In this document: one piece after another, positions 48,189-58,051 of the stretch
Position numbering within the stretch: position 1 is the stretch's first letter
How the letters are laid out: each line of letters opens with the position of its first letter
Source of the DNA: Minisyncoccota bacterium
GTDB lineage: Bacteria > Patescibacteriota > Minisyncoccia > Phycocordibacterales > UBA2100
Reading direction: 5' to 3'
Assembly: GCA_965267345.1 (NCBI GenBank)
Contig: OZ253947.1
Location: forward strand, 330,814-394,813
Length of the DNA: 64,000 bases
Position numbers and translations under genes: made by a program
Notes under the pieces: model-generated
Told to the model about the DNA's origin: nothing
Databases searched by the model: none
The model's input: the letters and a program-made list of their open reading frames with translations, nothing else

Positions 48189-49565
48189 ATGGCAGAAAGT
48201 CGTATACCGCCACAGGATCTGGAAGCGGAGCGCGCACTCCTTGGTGCCATCATGCTCAAGAGTAACGCCATGTACGACGTTGCTGACATCATTACGCCTG
48301 AGTCGTTCTACGCGCGTAAGCACGGTGACATATTCGAAGTCATGCTCGCGCTCTTCAACAAAGGCGAGCCGATCGACCTCGTCACCCTCTCCGGCCGACT
48401 CGAATCGCAAAAACGCCTTGAACAGATCGGCGGACGGAGCTACTTAGCTGAGCTTGCCAACGCAGCGCCGGCAGCCACCAATGCGGTCCACTATGCAAAC
48501 GTCGTTAAAGCAAAGCACATCCACCGCGAGCTTATCGATGCGGCGAATCACATCGGTGAGCTCGGCTACCAAGAAGACTCGGAAATTGAAGCGCTGCTCG
48601 ACGAGGCACAGTCGACCGTCTTTCGGATCGCCAACACCTCGACCCTCCAGAAGTTCTCGTCTATCGGTGACGAGTTGAAAGATGCATGGAAGCGCCTCGA
48701 AGCACTGCAGGAAAACAAAGATGAGCTGCGCGGTATTCATACGGGATTCAAAGAGCTCGATAGCCTCCTCGCCGGTTTGCAGAAATCTGACCTCATTATT
48801 CTTGCGGCACGTCCGTCGTTTGGTAAAACCTCGCTCGCACTTGATATCGCGCGAAAAACCGCCATTGAGCACGGTAATGCGGTCGGTCTCTTTTCTCTTG
48901 AAATGAGTGCGCAGCAGCTCACTGACCGCATGCTTGCCGCTGAAGCCGGCGTCGATTCGTGGCGCCTGCGTACTGGTAAACTCTCTTCCGACAACGAGTA
49001 CGACCAGATTCGCAACGCTATGGATCACCTCTCGACCGCGCCAATTTATATTGATGACAAAGCTGAACGAACCGTACTACAGATGCGTTCGATTGCCCGA
49101 CGCCTGAAGGCAGAGAAAGGATTGTCGCTCGTTATTGTCGACTACCTGCAACTCATTATGCCCGGCTCAACACGCAACAGCGACTCAATGGTGCAGCAGG
49201 TCACCGAAATCTCCCGCTCACTCAAAGCGATGGCCCGCGAGCTCGATGTGCCCGTTATTGCCCTATCACAGCTCTCCCGTGCAGTGGAACAGCGGCGCGA
49301 TCGCCCGCGCTTGTCGGACCTTCGTGATTCAGGTTCGATTGAACAGGACGCCGACGTAGTGATGTTTATTCATCGCGAAGACAAGATGCGCGAAGATTCC
49401 GACCGACCGAACATTGCCGACATCCTTATCGAAAAACACCGTAATGGTCCCGTTGGTAAAGTCGAATTGTACTTTGATGACAAAAAGGCCACTTTCGTTT
49501 CCGTCGAACGCAGTGACTTTGGCGATTTTGCGGCGACCACGGCTGACGCTGACGACGAATTCTAG
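48189..49565 (+). CDS. dnaB: Replicative DNA helicase
   Basis: AARPSFGKT, FSLEM, DYLQL, LSQLSR, SGSIEQDAD. Confidence 0.98.
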   Translation: MAESRIPPQDLEAERALLGAIMLKSNAMYDVADIITPESFYARKHGDIFEVMLALFNKGEPIDLVTLSGRLESQKRLEQIGGRSYLAELANAAPAATNAVHYANVVKAKHIHRELIDAANHIGELGYQEDSEIEALLDEAQSTVFRIANTSTLQKFSSIGDELKDAWKRLEALQENKDELRGIHTGFKELDSLLAGLQKSDLIILAARPSFGKTSLALDIARKTAIEHGNAVGLFSLEMSAQQLTDRMLAAEAGVDSWRLRTGKLSSDNEYDQIRNAMDHLSTAPIYIDDKAERTVLQMRSIARRLKAEKGLSLVIVDYLQLIMPGSTRNSDSMVQQVTEISRSLKAMARELDVPVIALSQLSRAVEQRRDRPRLSDLRDSGSIEQDADVVMFIHREDKMREDSDRPNIADILIEKHRNGPVGKVELYFDDKKATFVSVERSDFGDFAATTADADDEF

Positions 49566-49567
49566 GT

Positions 49568-50179
49568 ATGTCTGAAATTGATAAGCTGACTGAACTTTTT
49601 GTACGCTTTCCCGGTATCGGACCACGACAGGCGCGGCGCTTTGTATACTTTCTCTTGCGACAAGACGAGCGCTACCGAAGTGCTCTCACCCGCGCCATCA
49701 GCGATGTCGTCGCAGCAATACATCAGTGCGCACAGTGTATGCGCTACGCGGCACTCGACGGCACAGTCTGCGCCATTTGCGCTGATCCGAACCGTGACCG
49801 CACCCAGCTGCTTATTGTGGAGAAAGATACCGATGTTGATTCTATTGAAAAAAGCGGTTCCTACCATGGGCAGTACTTTGTGTTAGGTGGTGCGCTGTCG
49901 CTGACACAAACACGCACACAACCCGTGATCCGCGAGCGCGAACTGCTACAGCAGTGCACCACCCACGCTACTGAGTTGCAGGAAATCATTCTGGCGCTAT
50001 CAGCAACCCCTAACGGTGAACACACAACCGAACACCTCAGTGGCGTGCTTGGTGCCCAATCTGAACTTGCGAACGTATCGCTGACGGTACTCGGACGCGG
50101 CCTCTCCACCGGCTCGGAACTTGAGTACGCAGATCCGCGCACGCTCTCAAGCGCCCTCACGAATCGTACGCGCACGTAA
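49568..50179 (+). CDS. recR: Recombination mediator RecR
   Basis: PGIG..A.R, C4 zinc finger, Toprim, GSELEYAD. Confidence 0.95.
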   Translation: MSEIDKLTELFVRFPGIGPRQARRFVYFLLRQDERYRSALTRAISDVVAAIHQCAQCMRYAALDGTVCAICADPNRDRTQLLIVEKDTDVDSIEKSGSYHGQYFVLGGALSLTQTRTQPVIRERELLQQCTTHATELQEIILALSATPNGEHTTEHLSGVLGAQSELANVSLTVLGRGLSTGSELEYADPRTLSSALTNRTRT

Positions 50180-50210
50180 AAACCCTCGGTGTCTCCGAGG
50201 GTGTTTTTTT
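50178..50210. terminator. Terminator between convergent recR and rplU
   Basis: ACCCTCGG-tgtct-CCGAGGGT-GTTTTTTT. Confidence 0.75.
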
Positions 50211-50211
50211 G

Positions 50212-50652
50212 CTAGGCAATCGCGGTGATGCGCACGCGTGTGTACGGCTGTCGATGCCCGCGATTTTTGAAGTAGCGACTCTTCGCACGGAAGCGAATCA
50301 CTGACACCTTTTTGCCGCGACCCTCTTCCACACACTCAGCTGACACTTTTGCGCCGGCAACAGTTGGTGTGCCGACTTTCGTGGTCGTGCCGTCGTCAAC
50401 GAGCAGTACCTCCTTGAATTCGATTTTTGCGCCCTCTTTTCGCTCTCCTGCAAGCTTTTCAATGTTGATGGTGTCCCCCTCGCGGACAATGTACTGCTTA
50501 CCACCTGTAGCAATAATGGCAAGCGCACCGCTTTTCTTTTCAGCCGTTTTCTTTGACGGTGTTTTTTTAGCAGCACTCTTCTTCGCCGGCGCCTTTTTTG
50601 CCGCTGTTTTCGGTGTTGCCTTTTTCGCTGTGGCCTTCTTTGCTTCTGCCAT
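50212..50652 (-). CDS. rplU: 50S ribosomal protein L21 with A/K-rich N-terminal extension
   Basis: IATGGKQY.V..G, GHRQPYT. Confidence 0.96.
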   Translation of the reverse strand: MAEAKKATAKKATPKTAAKKAPAKKSAAKKTPSKKTAEKKSGALAIIATGGKQYIVREGDTINIEKLAGERKEGAKIEFKEVLLVDDGTTTKVGTPTVAGAKVSAECVEEGRGKKVSVIRFRAKSRYFKNRGHRQPYTRVRITAIA

Positions 50653-50690
50653 AGTTGGGAAATAGTAGCAAAAAAGCCCTAAAACGCAAG

Positions 50691-51779
50691 TTATTCGTCG
50701 TCCCTCACGGGTCGCTCGAGCTCCAGTGGCGCGATATCGGCACTTTCACCGGTAATGCGCACCACGTCTTTATCGATCTTTTTCAACTCGCCTTGCGCCG
50801 CATTATAGTGCCCAACCGTCACGCCGAGCGAATTACCCAACTTTTTGAAGTACTCATCGTACGCTGACATGTGCCGCCGCAAGTCTTCGATGCGCTTTCC
50901 AATCAATTTTGCCGACTCTTCAATTTTAAAGGCGTTAAAGCCGTACAAGACCGACTGCAGGTATGCAGCAAACGTTGTCGGCGACACGATGATGACATTC
51001 TTGTCTTTGTAGGCATAGTCGATGAGCGAACGCGTATTCACTTTGACCGAGCCGACTTCGTTTACCAGCAGGTCGTAGTAAATCGCTTCGGCAGGAATGT
51101 ACATAAAGGCAAAGGGTAGAGTGTTTTCCTTCGGGCGAATATACTTCGCCGTCTCATCAATGCGCTTTTTAAGATCGTTTTTAAACTCTTTCTCGAGATC
51201 AGCGCGCTCCTCGTCCGGTGCATCAACCAGCCGGCGGTAGTTATCGAGCGAGAACTTTGCATCAACGGGGATAATACCGTCGCGCGTGATGATAGCAGCA
51301 TCAACAGCGTTGCCATCTTCGAAACGATACTGGAGTTTGTACGCCGTTGCCGGCAGCATATTCTCCAAAGCGAGCTGCAGTGATGCCTCGCCGAGGTTAC
51401 CGCGCTGCTTTTGGTGCTTGAGTACCTTTTCGAGATTTTGCAGCTGCTCGGCAACGGTAAATACCTGTTTCGATGATTCAGAGACTTCACTCACCCCTTT
51501 CACCACATTCTGCAATTGCTCATTGACGGAGCGGTTAATTTCGTTGATTAGCTTTTGCGATTCGCTAAATTGCGTCTTCACTGACTCATGCATTGAATGC
51601 GTGGTCTCCCCCATACGCTTATCAAGCGTTGCGCGTAGCTCTTGAATCTCGCGTTGCATCAGCAGCATACTCTGCGAGTCGCCACTCTCGCTGCCACGGC
51701 GCCATATCAGCACCAACATCGCGAGAATAGCTGCAAAAAGTGCGACAATAATGCCGATACCAACGGTCATTGTATCCAT
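50691..51779 (-). CDS. rmuC: DNA recombination protein RmuC
   Basis: K.RGNLGE, VDAKF, KYI.P, MYIPAE, VSPTT. Confidence 0.92.
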   Translation of the reverse strand: MDTMTVGIGIIVALFAAILAMLVLIWRRGSESGDSQSMLLMQREIQELRATLDKRMGETTHSMHESVKTQFSESQKLINEINRSVNEQLQNVVKGVSEVSESSKQVFTVAEQLQNLEKVLKHQKQRGNLGEASLQLALENMLPATAYKLQYRFEDGNAVDAAIITRDGIIPVDAKFSLDNYRRLVDAPDEERADLEKEFKNDLKKRIDETAKYIRPKENTLPFAFMYIPAEAIYYDLLVNEVGSVKVNTRSLIDYAYKDKNVIIVSPTTFAAYLQSVLYGFNAFKIEESAKLIGKRIEDLRRHMSAYDEYFKKLGNSLGVTVGHYNAAQGELKKIDKDVVRITGESADIAPLELERPVRDDE

Positions 51780-51792
51780 AGCGGTCATTGTA

Positions 51793-54459
51793 TCACGACT
51801 GCAGGCGGCGGCGATTAACGAGGAATTTTACCGTTTCGACGAGGGTGAGATTTACTATACCAAAAATCACCAGTAGGCCGACTTCGCCCCAGGTCATCGG
51901 CTCAAGCGACAAGAGTGTTACCAGCGGCGCAAAAGTCAACGCAGCAAGGAGAAGCGCAAAGCTGGCCACAAGCGCGGCGAGGAGGTAGCGGTTTGAAAAG
52001 AGTTGAATGCGCCATATGGGTTCGTGTAGATTCTTGAATGAAAAGGCGAAGAACATCGAGCCGATTGACAGGGCGACAAACATCACCGTGCGTATCTCTT
52101 CGATGGGGGTGTGCGCCCATGAGAGCAGTAAAAAGAGGCCGAACAGTAGTAATCCCGTAATACCGCTGACGATGAGGATCAACCAGCGTACGCTGCTGGT
52201 CATAATGCGATTAATGCCGCTGCGTTGCGGCTGTGTTGTCATGGCGTCTTTCTCACGTGGCTCAAATGCAAATGGAAAACTCATAAAACCTTCTTGTACA
52301 AGGTTCGCCCAGAGAATCTGTGTGGGAAGCAACGGCACAGGCGAGCCAATTGCCAGCGCACCACTAATGACGACAATTTCGCTAAAACCCGTCGAGAGTA
52401 AGAATGCAACAATTTTACGCAGGTTTGCAATGATGCGACGTCCCTCGGCAATAGCGGTAGTAATAACGGAAAAGCTATTCTCAATGAGAATCACGTCGGC
52501 TGCTGCCTTGGCGACATCAGTACCACTGCCAACAGCAACGCCAATGTCTGCAGCGGCAAGTGCCGGCGCGTCGTTCACCCCATCACCCGTCATCGCCACT
52601 ACTTCCCCGCTGTTACGCAACACATGCGCCATGCGCAGCTTTTGTTCCGGCAGTACACGTGCAACAATGCTGTGTTTCTGGAGTGCTTTGAGAAGCTGCT
52701 CGTCATCATACTGCGAAATATCCGCGCCAGTGAGAATTGGTGCGTCCTGCTTAGTGACAATACCAACTTCGTACGCAATCGCCCGCGCCGTTTCGGGATA
52801 GTCGCCGGTTGCCATAATCACACGTGCACCCGCCTGCTGTGTTACCGCAATGGATTCGGCAACATCGGGACGAACAGCGTCGGCAAATGCCAACAGCCCG
52901 ACAAAGACAAATTCCTGTGCCCCTTCCGCCTCCTTGAGCTTCTCAGGGACTGCCGCTTCAGTCGTGCGCATGTACGCAATAGCAGTAAAGCGCATGCCTT
53001 CAGCTGAGATATCCTTTTGTGTTTTGGCAATGCGCTCACGCATCTCGTCGGTGAGTTTGCGCTCACGTCCGTCATAAAAAAATTTCTGTGACCGTGCAAG
53101 AAGGTACTCGGGTGAGCCAGAAAAGTATAGTCGATTCCCTCGTTGGGGCGACTCATTAAGTGAGATCGCAAAACGACGACGCGTTTCAAACTGCACGAGC
53201 TGCAACCGCTCATTGCCGTTTGCAAAAAGCTCCTTTTGCGATAGGCCGGCTTCAAGGCCGGCTTCGATAATCGCCTTTTCGAGCGGTCGCCCCTGCACAA
53301 TAAGCGTGCCAGTTTCTTTCGGATCTTCCTCAATAAATGCATCTGATGCCAGCACGGCCATTTTAAGCAGTTCGCGGTTATCGCCTTCCGGTTCAGTCTG
53401 TTCATTCTCAATGCCTTGCGCCGTATAAAAATTGCTCAATATCATGCGCCCTTGGGTGAGCGTTCCGGTTTTGTCGGTAAGCACCACCGTCGTCGAGCCG
53501 AGTGTCTCGGCTGCGAGGAGACTCTTCACCAGACCGCCTTTGCGGAGAATGGCTTCCATTCCTAGCGCCAAGACCACGGTGACAGCTGCCGGTAGCCCTC
53601 CAGGCATTGCCGCAACGGCAACGGCAATCGCCAGCAGCAGCATTGCTGCCAATGACTCACCGCGAAGTATGCCAAAGACCACAATCACGACAATGGCAAT
53701 GAAAATGACACCGATGAGGAAATGAGCGAGTCGCCGAATACTCTTCTGCAGTGGCGTCAGGGCGTCGAGTTCCCGATTCGTTTTTTCGGCGATTTGCCCA
53801 AAGCGCGCCTCTTGTCCAACCGCAGTGACCACCGCCGTTCCTGTCCCTTCCGCAACGAGCGTTCCCATCCAGACCATGTTCGTCTGCTCCGATGCCGGCA
53901 GCGCGCGACCAAGCGCTTTCGCTTCTTTTTTCACCGGCAACCACTCACCGGTGAGTGCCGCTTCATTGTTACTGAGCTCGTCTGCGGTCAGTACCCGTGC
54001 GTCAGCCGGCACCACACCGCCGGTTGTTAGCACAATAATGTCGCCGACCACGACTTCATCAGTGGGAATCATCTGTCGCTTACCGTCACGAAGCACGGTT
54101 GCAAACTCTTCCTGCGACTGTGCGAGTACATCGAAAATGCGGGCCGCTTTTCCCTCCTGCAGCACACCAACGACAACGTTTATTACCAGCGCGATGGCAA
54201 TAACGACGGCATCAAGGTATTCGTGCAGGAAGAGCGTAGCAACACCTGCACCAATGAAGACAATCGAAAGCGGGCTTTTGAGTTGCCCGTAAATCGAGCG
54301 TAGAATGCGAAATCGCTCTTCTTTCGGCAATGCATTGCGGCCGTACTGTGTCCGCTTTTTTTCAACGCGCGCCGACGAGAGACCGCTACGGCCGTCCGTC
54401 CCCAGTACGGCAAGTGCTTTCTCGGCTGGGTAGCTATGCCACGGATGTGTGTCTGTCAT
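51793..54459 (-). CDS. Cation-transporting P-type ATPase (type II)
   Basis: LTGE, DKTGTLT, TGD, GDGVNDAPAL. Confidence 0.96.
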   Translation of the reverse strand: MTDTHPWHSYPAEKALAVLGTDGRSGLSSARVEKKRTQYGRNALPKEERFRILRSIYGQLKSPLSIVFIGAGVATLFLHEYLDAVVIAIALVINVVVGVLQEGKAARIFDVLAQSQEEFATVLRDGKRQMIPTDEVVVGDIIVLTTGGVVPADARVLTADELSNNEAALTGEWLPVKKEAKALGRALPASEQTNMVWMGTLVAEGTGTAVVTAVGQEARFGQIAEKTNRELDALTPLQKSIRRLAHFLIGVIFIAIVVIVVFGILRGESLAAMLLLAIAVAVAAMPGGLPAAVTVVLALGMEAILRKGGLVKSLLAAETLGSTTVVLTDKTGTLTQGRMILSNFYTAQGIENEQTEPEGDNRELLKMAVLASDAFIEEDPKETGTLIVQGRPLEKAIIEAGLEAGLSQKELFANGNERLQLVQFETRRRFAISLNESPQRGNRLYFSGSPEYLLARSQKFFYDGRERKLTDEMRERIAKTQKDISAEGMRFTAIAYMRTTEAAVPEKLKEAEGAQEFVFVGLLAFADAVRPDVAESIAVTQQAGARVIMATGDYPETARAIAYEVGIVTKQDAPILTGADISQYDDEQLLKALQKHSIVARVLPEQKLRMAHVLRNSGEVVAMTGDGVNDAPALAAADIGVAVGSGTDVAKAAADVILIENSFSVITTAIAEGRRIIANLRKIVAFLLSTGFSEIVVISGALAIGSPVPLLPTQILWANLVQEGFMSFPFAFEPREKDAMTTQPQRSGINRIMTSSVRWLILIVSGITGLLLFGLFLLLSWAHTPIEEIRTVMFVALSIGSMFFAFSFKNLHEPIWRIQLFSNRYLLAALVASFALLLAALTFAPLVTLLSLEPMTWGEVGLLVIFGIVNLTLVETVKFLVNRRRLQS

Positions 54460-54514
54460 TGCTCTGTATTGTACCGCATTACGCAGTCACACCGAGATGC
54501 TATAATGCACACCT

Positions 54515-54967
54515 ATGCTTCATACGACCATTAAAGACGATATGCGTACAGCACTGAAAGCACGCGACGAGGTGCGCCTCACCACACTGCGCAGCCTCCT
54601 GTCAGCGTTTACTAATGAACTGGTGGCGAATAAACACAAACCCGACGAAGTGCTCGATGACGACGCAGCGACGGCGGTGATTAAACGAGCGGTTAAGCAG
54701 CGACGTGACTCAATTGAGCAATTTGAATCAGGCGGCCGTGCAGATTTAGCAGAGAGAGAAAAAGCCGAGCTCGCCGTACTTGAAGACTACCTGCCTGCCC
54801 AAGCCTCACGTGAAGACATCGTGCGTGTCGCGCGCACGAAAATGGATGAACTGGGCACTATTGACCCGAGCAAGAAAGGGATCCTCGTTGGTGCGGTCAT
54901 GAAGGAGCTCCACGGAGATGCAGACGGAGCGCTTGTAAAAGCAGTGGTGGACGAGATGGTGCAGTAG
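54515..54967 (+). CDS. GatB/YqeY domain protein
   Basis: ALKA.D..RL..LR, KQRRDS..F..GGR.DL...E..E...L..YLP. Confidence 0.92.
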   Translation: MLHTTIKDDMRTALKARDEVRLTTLRSLLSAFTNELVANKHKPDEVLDDDAATAVIKRAVKQRRDSIEQFESGGRADLAEREKAELAVLEDYLPAQASREDIVRVARTKMDELGTIDPSKKGILVGAVMKELHGDADGALVKAVVDEMVQ

Positions 54968-55035
54968 CTACTTGACGCACCCCAAATGTCGGCGTACTCT
55001 CCACTATGTCGTTAACCCCACACAAGGAGGAACAC

Positions 55036-55251
55036 GTGGGTAAGAAGAGCGGGAAAGGTAGCCGGCAACGCGCACGAGCGCAGTTGAAACAGCGCGTGAG
55101 GAGTAACAACATCACTCGCCTCATCGACGGCGACGTTGCGACGCATGCCGTTTCTTCTGGGTGCTACCCTGGGGAGACCGAGCATCGTATGGCAAACGTC
55201 ATCGTCGAGCGCAAAAGACGCCACGCCGGCAAGCCGCATCACGCACAATGA
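55036..55251 (+). CDS. Small basic protein in its own promoter-SD-terminator cassette
   Basis: TTGACG 54972-17-TACTCT; AAGGAGG 55024; GTG 55036 (in frame with ATG 55006); terminator 55258-55295. Confidence 0.6.
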   Translation: MGKKSGKGSRQRARAQLKQRVRSNNITRLIDGDVATHAVSSGCYPGETEHRMANVIVERKRRHAGKPHHAQ

Positions 55252-55257
55252 CGACAG

Positions 55258-55295
55258 GGGCGGAAGTACTGCACACGCAGAGCTTCCGCCCTTTT
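55258..55295 (+). terminator. Intrinsic terminator
   Basis: GGGCGGAAG...CTTCCGCCC-TTTT. Confidence 0.75.
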
Positions 55296-55305
55296 CATAT
55301 GGTAG

Positions 55306-56511
55306 CTAGTAGAGCGACACTTTCTTATTCAAAACGAGCATAAACAGTGCAACTGTTGCCGCAATGACGAAAACGATGCGAATATCAACGAGTGATGCAA
55401 GGGCAAAAATGACTAAGAGCATCGCCACTCGTCCGAGTGAGAGCGCCATCTCTTTGAGGGCTGTGTACTCATCAACATAGCGCCCGTTGTCTGCAGACTG
55501 CTCATACGTCACCGCATCAAATGAAAGTGTATTCACGGTCCGGCCGGCGTTATGATAGCTGTCGGCGGCCATCACCTGAAATGGTGTCTGCACAAATATT
55601 TTACTGATCCACCCCGTCGTTGCCATGAGCACACCAACCATGAGCACGCGTTCGTGGCTCCACCGGTCAAAGAGCTCTCCGATGAGCCAGCGCAGCGCAA
55701 CAACCACCACAATTGTCAGTGACGCAATCAATCCCAGTACTGTGTAGCGCTCATCAAGCAACATGAAGACGTACACCGGCCAGAAGAACAGTGTCACAGC
55801 CCCTTGCGCGCCATTTGAGGCGTGCGCTAAAAACAATGCGCGGTTGCGTCGTGCAAACAAGTGCTTGAAGGTTTCAATGTAGCGCCAACTATATTGTTCA
55901 AACGTGGTGTTGAGAAACCACAATGGCGCCATCGAAATGAGCATAATGCAGATTGAGATAAGAAAGACGGTGCTGAAGCCAAAGGCGGTGATGATGACGC
56001 CGCCAGCCAGCGGAACGAGCACCAAGATCACGCTGGCAATGTTCCCCAAAATAGCCAATTGCCGCCCGCGCATGGTCTTGTCGAGAGCATGCGAGAGATC
56101 AACGTGGTACGGTACCCAGTAGAGAGTGCGGTGAATTGCATTCGTAATGACGTAGGCCACTGCCGCAATTGCGGGGTGAAGCGGGAAAAAGTACAATGCC
56201 ATAATTGAAACGAGCCCAAAACACATACCGAGCATGATCATTTTTCGTGTCCCGATGCGTGAGAGAATTTGCACACCGACGGGGATAAAAAGCATGTAGA
56301 GCGCGTACAGTGCAATGAAAATTGCCAGTACGACTTCGAGATCGTAGTTAAACTCCTTGTAGAAAAAAATGGGAAGAAAGACACCAAGCACACCGAGTGA
56401 AATGCGCATGAGTGTGCGGTTACCAAAGAGCGCGATGAGATCGCGAGAAAAATGGGTCTTTACGTATGCCGCATTGACCATTTTTTCAACATTCTCCTCC
56501 AAGGTACGCAT
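55306..56511 (-). CDS. MFS transporter
   Basis: About 12 TMs; G.LFDRWS..R loop motif. Confidence 0.85.
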   Translation of the reverse strand: MRTLEENVEKMVNAAYVKTHFSRDLIALFGNRTLMRISLGVLGVFLPIFFYKEFNYDLEVVLAIFIALYALYMLFIPVGVQILSRIGTRKMIMLGMCFGLVSIMALYFFPLHPAIAAVAYVITNAIHRTLYWVPYHVDLSHALDKTMRGRQLAILGNIASVILVLVPLAGGVIITAFGFSTVFLISICIMLISMAPLWFLNTTFEQYSWRYIETFKHLFARRNRALFLAHASNGAQGAVTLFFWPVYVFMLLDERYTVLGLIASLTIVVVVALRWLIGELFDRWSHERVLMVGVLMATTGWISKIFVQTPFQVMAADSYHNAGRTVNTLSFDAVTYEQSADNGRYVDEYTALKEMALSLGRVAMLLVIFALASLVDIRIVFVIAATVALFMLVLNKKVSLY

Positions 56512-56601
56512 ACGTTGCTCAATTATACGCGACAAGCGGCTGTGACGCCCGCGCGGCAATACACACTTGCACTTGCGAGCGCACGTGCGCATGATGTGCA
56601 C

Positions 56602-57504
56602 ATGAAGTCAAAAGTTGTCGCACTTGTAGGCACCAACGCATCGGGGAAAAGCGCATTGGCGCTTGATCTTGCACAGACATACAGCGGAGAGATTATCTCG
56701 GCCGACTCGCGTCATGTATACCGCGGTCTTGATATTGCCACGGGTAAAGTAACGTCCGATGAACAACGTCGTATACCACATCACTGCATCGACATTGCTG
56801 ACCCGCGTGAGCGTTACACTGCGGCTGACTTTGTGCGCGACGGGCGAAATGCCCTGCGCGGCATTTGGCAACGAGATCACCTTCCCTTTGTCGTCGGCGG
56901 CACAGGATTCTATATCGATGCCCTATTGGGTCGCGTCGCACTCGGTGCCGTGCCACCCAATGAGGCGCTCCGCGATGAGCTGGACGCTGTTCCCGCGCAC
57001 GGGCTATTTGAGCGTCTGAACACTATCGATCCCGCACGCGCTGCTGATTTGGCGCGCAAGGGCGAACATACACTGCACCGACGTATTGTGCGTGCACTTG
57101 AAATTGCAACTGCGCCGCAGACGAGCGAAGCCGCACTGCACCTCCCTGCTGGTGTATCCATACTCTGGATTGGCATCGCACTCACCGATGCTGAACTGAA
57201 GGCGCGCATTCGACAACGCACTACCGAACGGCTCTCTCGCGGCATGATTGATGAGGCACGGCATCTGCATGTGCACGGTCTTTCCTATGCGCGCATGGAA
57301 GAGCTTGGTCTTGAGTACAAACATCTGGCGCACTTTTTGCGTGGCGAAATTGATGAACAGGAATTGCGCGAGTGTATTGAGCGAGATGATTGGAAGTATG
57401 CGAAACGCCAGCGTACTTGGTTTAAACGAAATGAAGCTATTGAGTGGTTTACACCTGCACAGATACAAGAGATTGATGCACGAATACGCGAGTTTTTGGC
57501 ATAA
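56602..57504 (+). CDS. miaA: tRNA dimethylallyltransferase
   Basis: GTNASGKS, SADSR.VY.GLDI.TGK, GGTGFY, YAKRQ.TWF. Confidence 0.97.
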   Translation: MKSKVVALVGTNASGKSALALDLAQTYSGEIISADSRHVYRGLDIATGKVTSDEQRRIPHHCIDIADPRERYTAADFVRDGRNALRGIWQRDHLPFVVGGTGFYIDALLGRVALGAVPPNEALRDELDAVPAHGLFERLNTIDPARAADLARKGEHTLHRRIVRALEIATAPQTSEAALHLPAGVSILWIGIALTDAELKARIRQRTTERLSRGMIDEARHLHVHGLSYARMEELGLEYKHLAHFLRGEIDEQELRECIERDDWKYAKRQRTWFKRNEAIEWFTPAQIQEIDARIREFLA

Positions 57505-57535
57505 ATCACTCATATGACGTCATATGAGTGATTTA
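57502..57535. repeat. Perfect 34-bp palindrome
   Basis: TAAATCACTCATATGAC|GTCATATGAGTGATTTA. Confidence 0.9.
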
Positions 57536-57538
57536 GTC

Positions 57539-57711
57539 CTCTTTTCGATTCCCACACTACTGGTGACTTGAGGGAATCGGTCACCTTTGCTAAGTATTTT
57601 ACATCACTATCGCTCGTAAAATACTAAGCGACGCGACCCCGACGTCGCTGACAAGCCGCTGCCACAGGCAGCTCTTGTATACCAGCGACTCTTTTCGATT
57701 CCCTCATCGCC
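57539..57711. other. Structured element containing copies of the tRNA-Trp 3' end
   Basis: 18-nt inverted copy at 57694-57711, 11-nt direct copies at 57569 and 57637, 15-nt direct repeat at 57539/57689, internal hairpins. Confidence 0.7.
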
Positions 57712-57720
57712 GTGAAATGT

Positions 57721-57745
57721 AAAAGACCGAAGACATGCTTCGGTC
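57721..57745 (-). terminator. Terminator after tRNA-Trp
   Basis: GACCGAAG-catgt-CTTCGGTC-TTTT on minus. Confidence 0.75.
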
Positions 57746-57758
57746 GTAACGTTTCAGG

Positions 57759-57829
57759 CGGGCGATGAGGGAATCGAACCCCCGACGTCGGTTTTGGAGA
57801 CCGAAGTTATACCACTTAACTAATCGCCC
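57759..57829 (-). tRNA. tRNA-Trp (CCA); 3' CCA not fully encoded
   Basis: GGGCGAT...TCGGT-CTCCAAA-ACCGA...GTTCGATTCCC-TCATCGCCCG cloverleaf. Confidence 0.95.
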
Positions 57830-57877
57830 GTGAAAAAGAGCTCCGTGGTGGAGCTCTCACACTATATCAAACTCTGC

Positions 57878-58039
57878 TTACTTCTTCAGCTCTTTGTGCG
57901 GGCTTTTCTTGCGGCACCACTTACAGAACTTGTTGAGCTCTAGCTTCTCGAGATTTTCACCCTTAATACGACGTGACGTCCAGTAATTAATGCGCTTACA
58001 GTCGCTGCACGCCAGCTTTTTCAATTTATCCTGTGACAT
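57878..58039 (-). CDS. rpmG: 50S ribosomal protein L33 (not in ORF track)
   Basis: MSQDKLKKLACSDCKRINYWT...LELNKFCKWCRKKSPHKE. Confidence 0.95.
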   Translation of the reverse strand: MSQDKLKKLACSDCKRINYWTSRRIKGENLEKLELNKFCKWCRKKSPHKELKK

Positions 58040-58051
58040 AGTTGCCCTACA

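Noticed and set aside
57539-57711. Second intact or intron-containing tRNA-Trp
   Set aside because: No D-arm, anticodon loop or 5' acceptor strand; only 3'-end fragments
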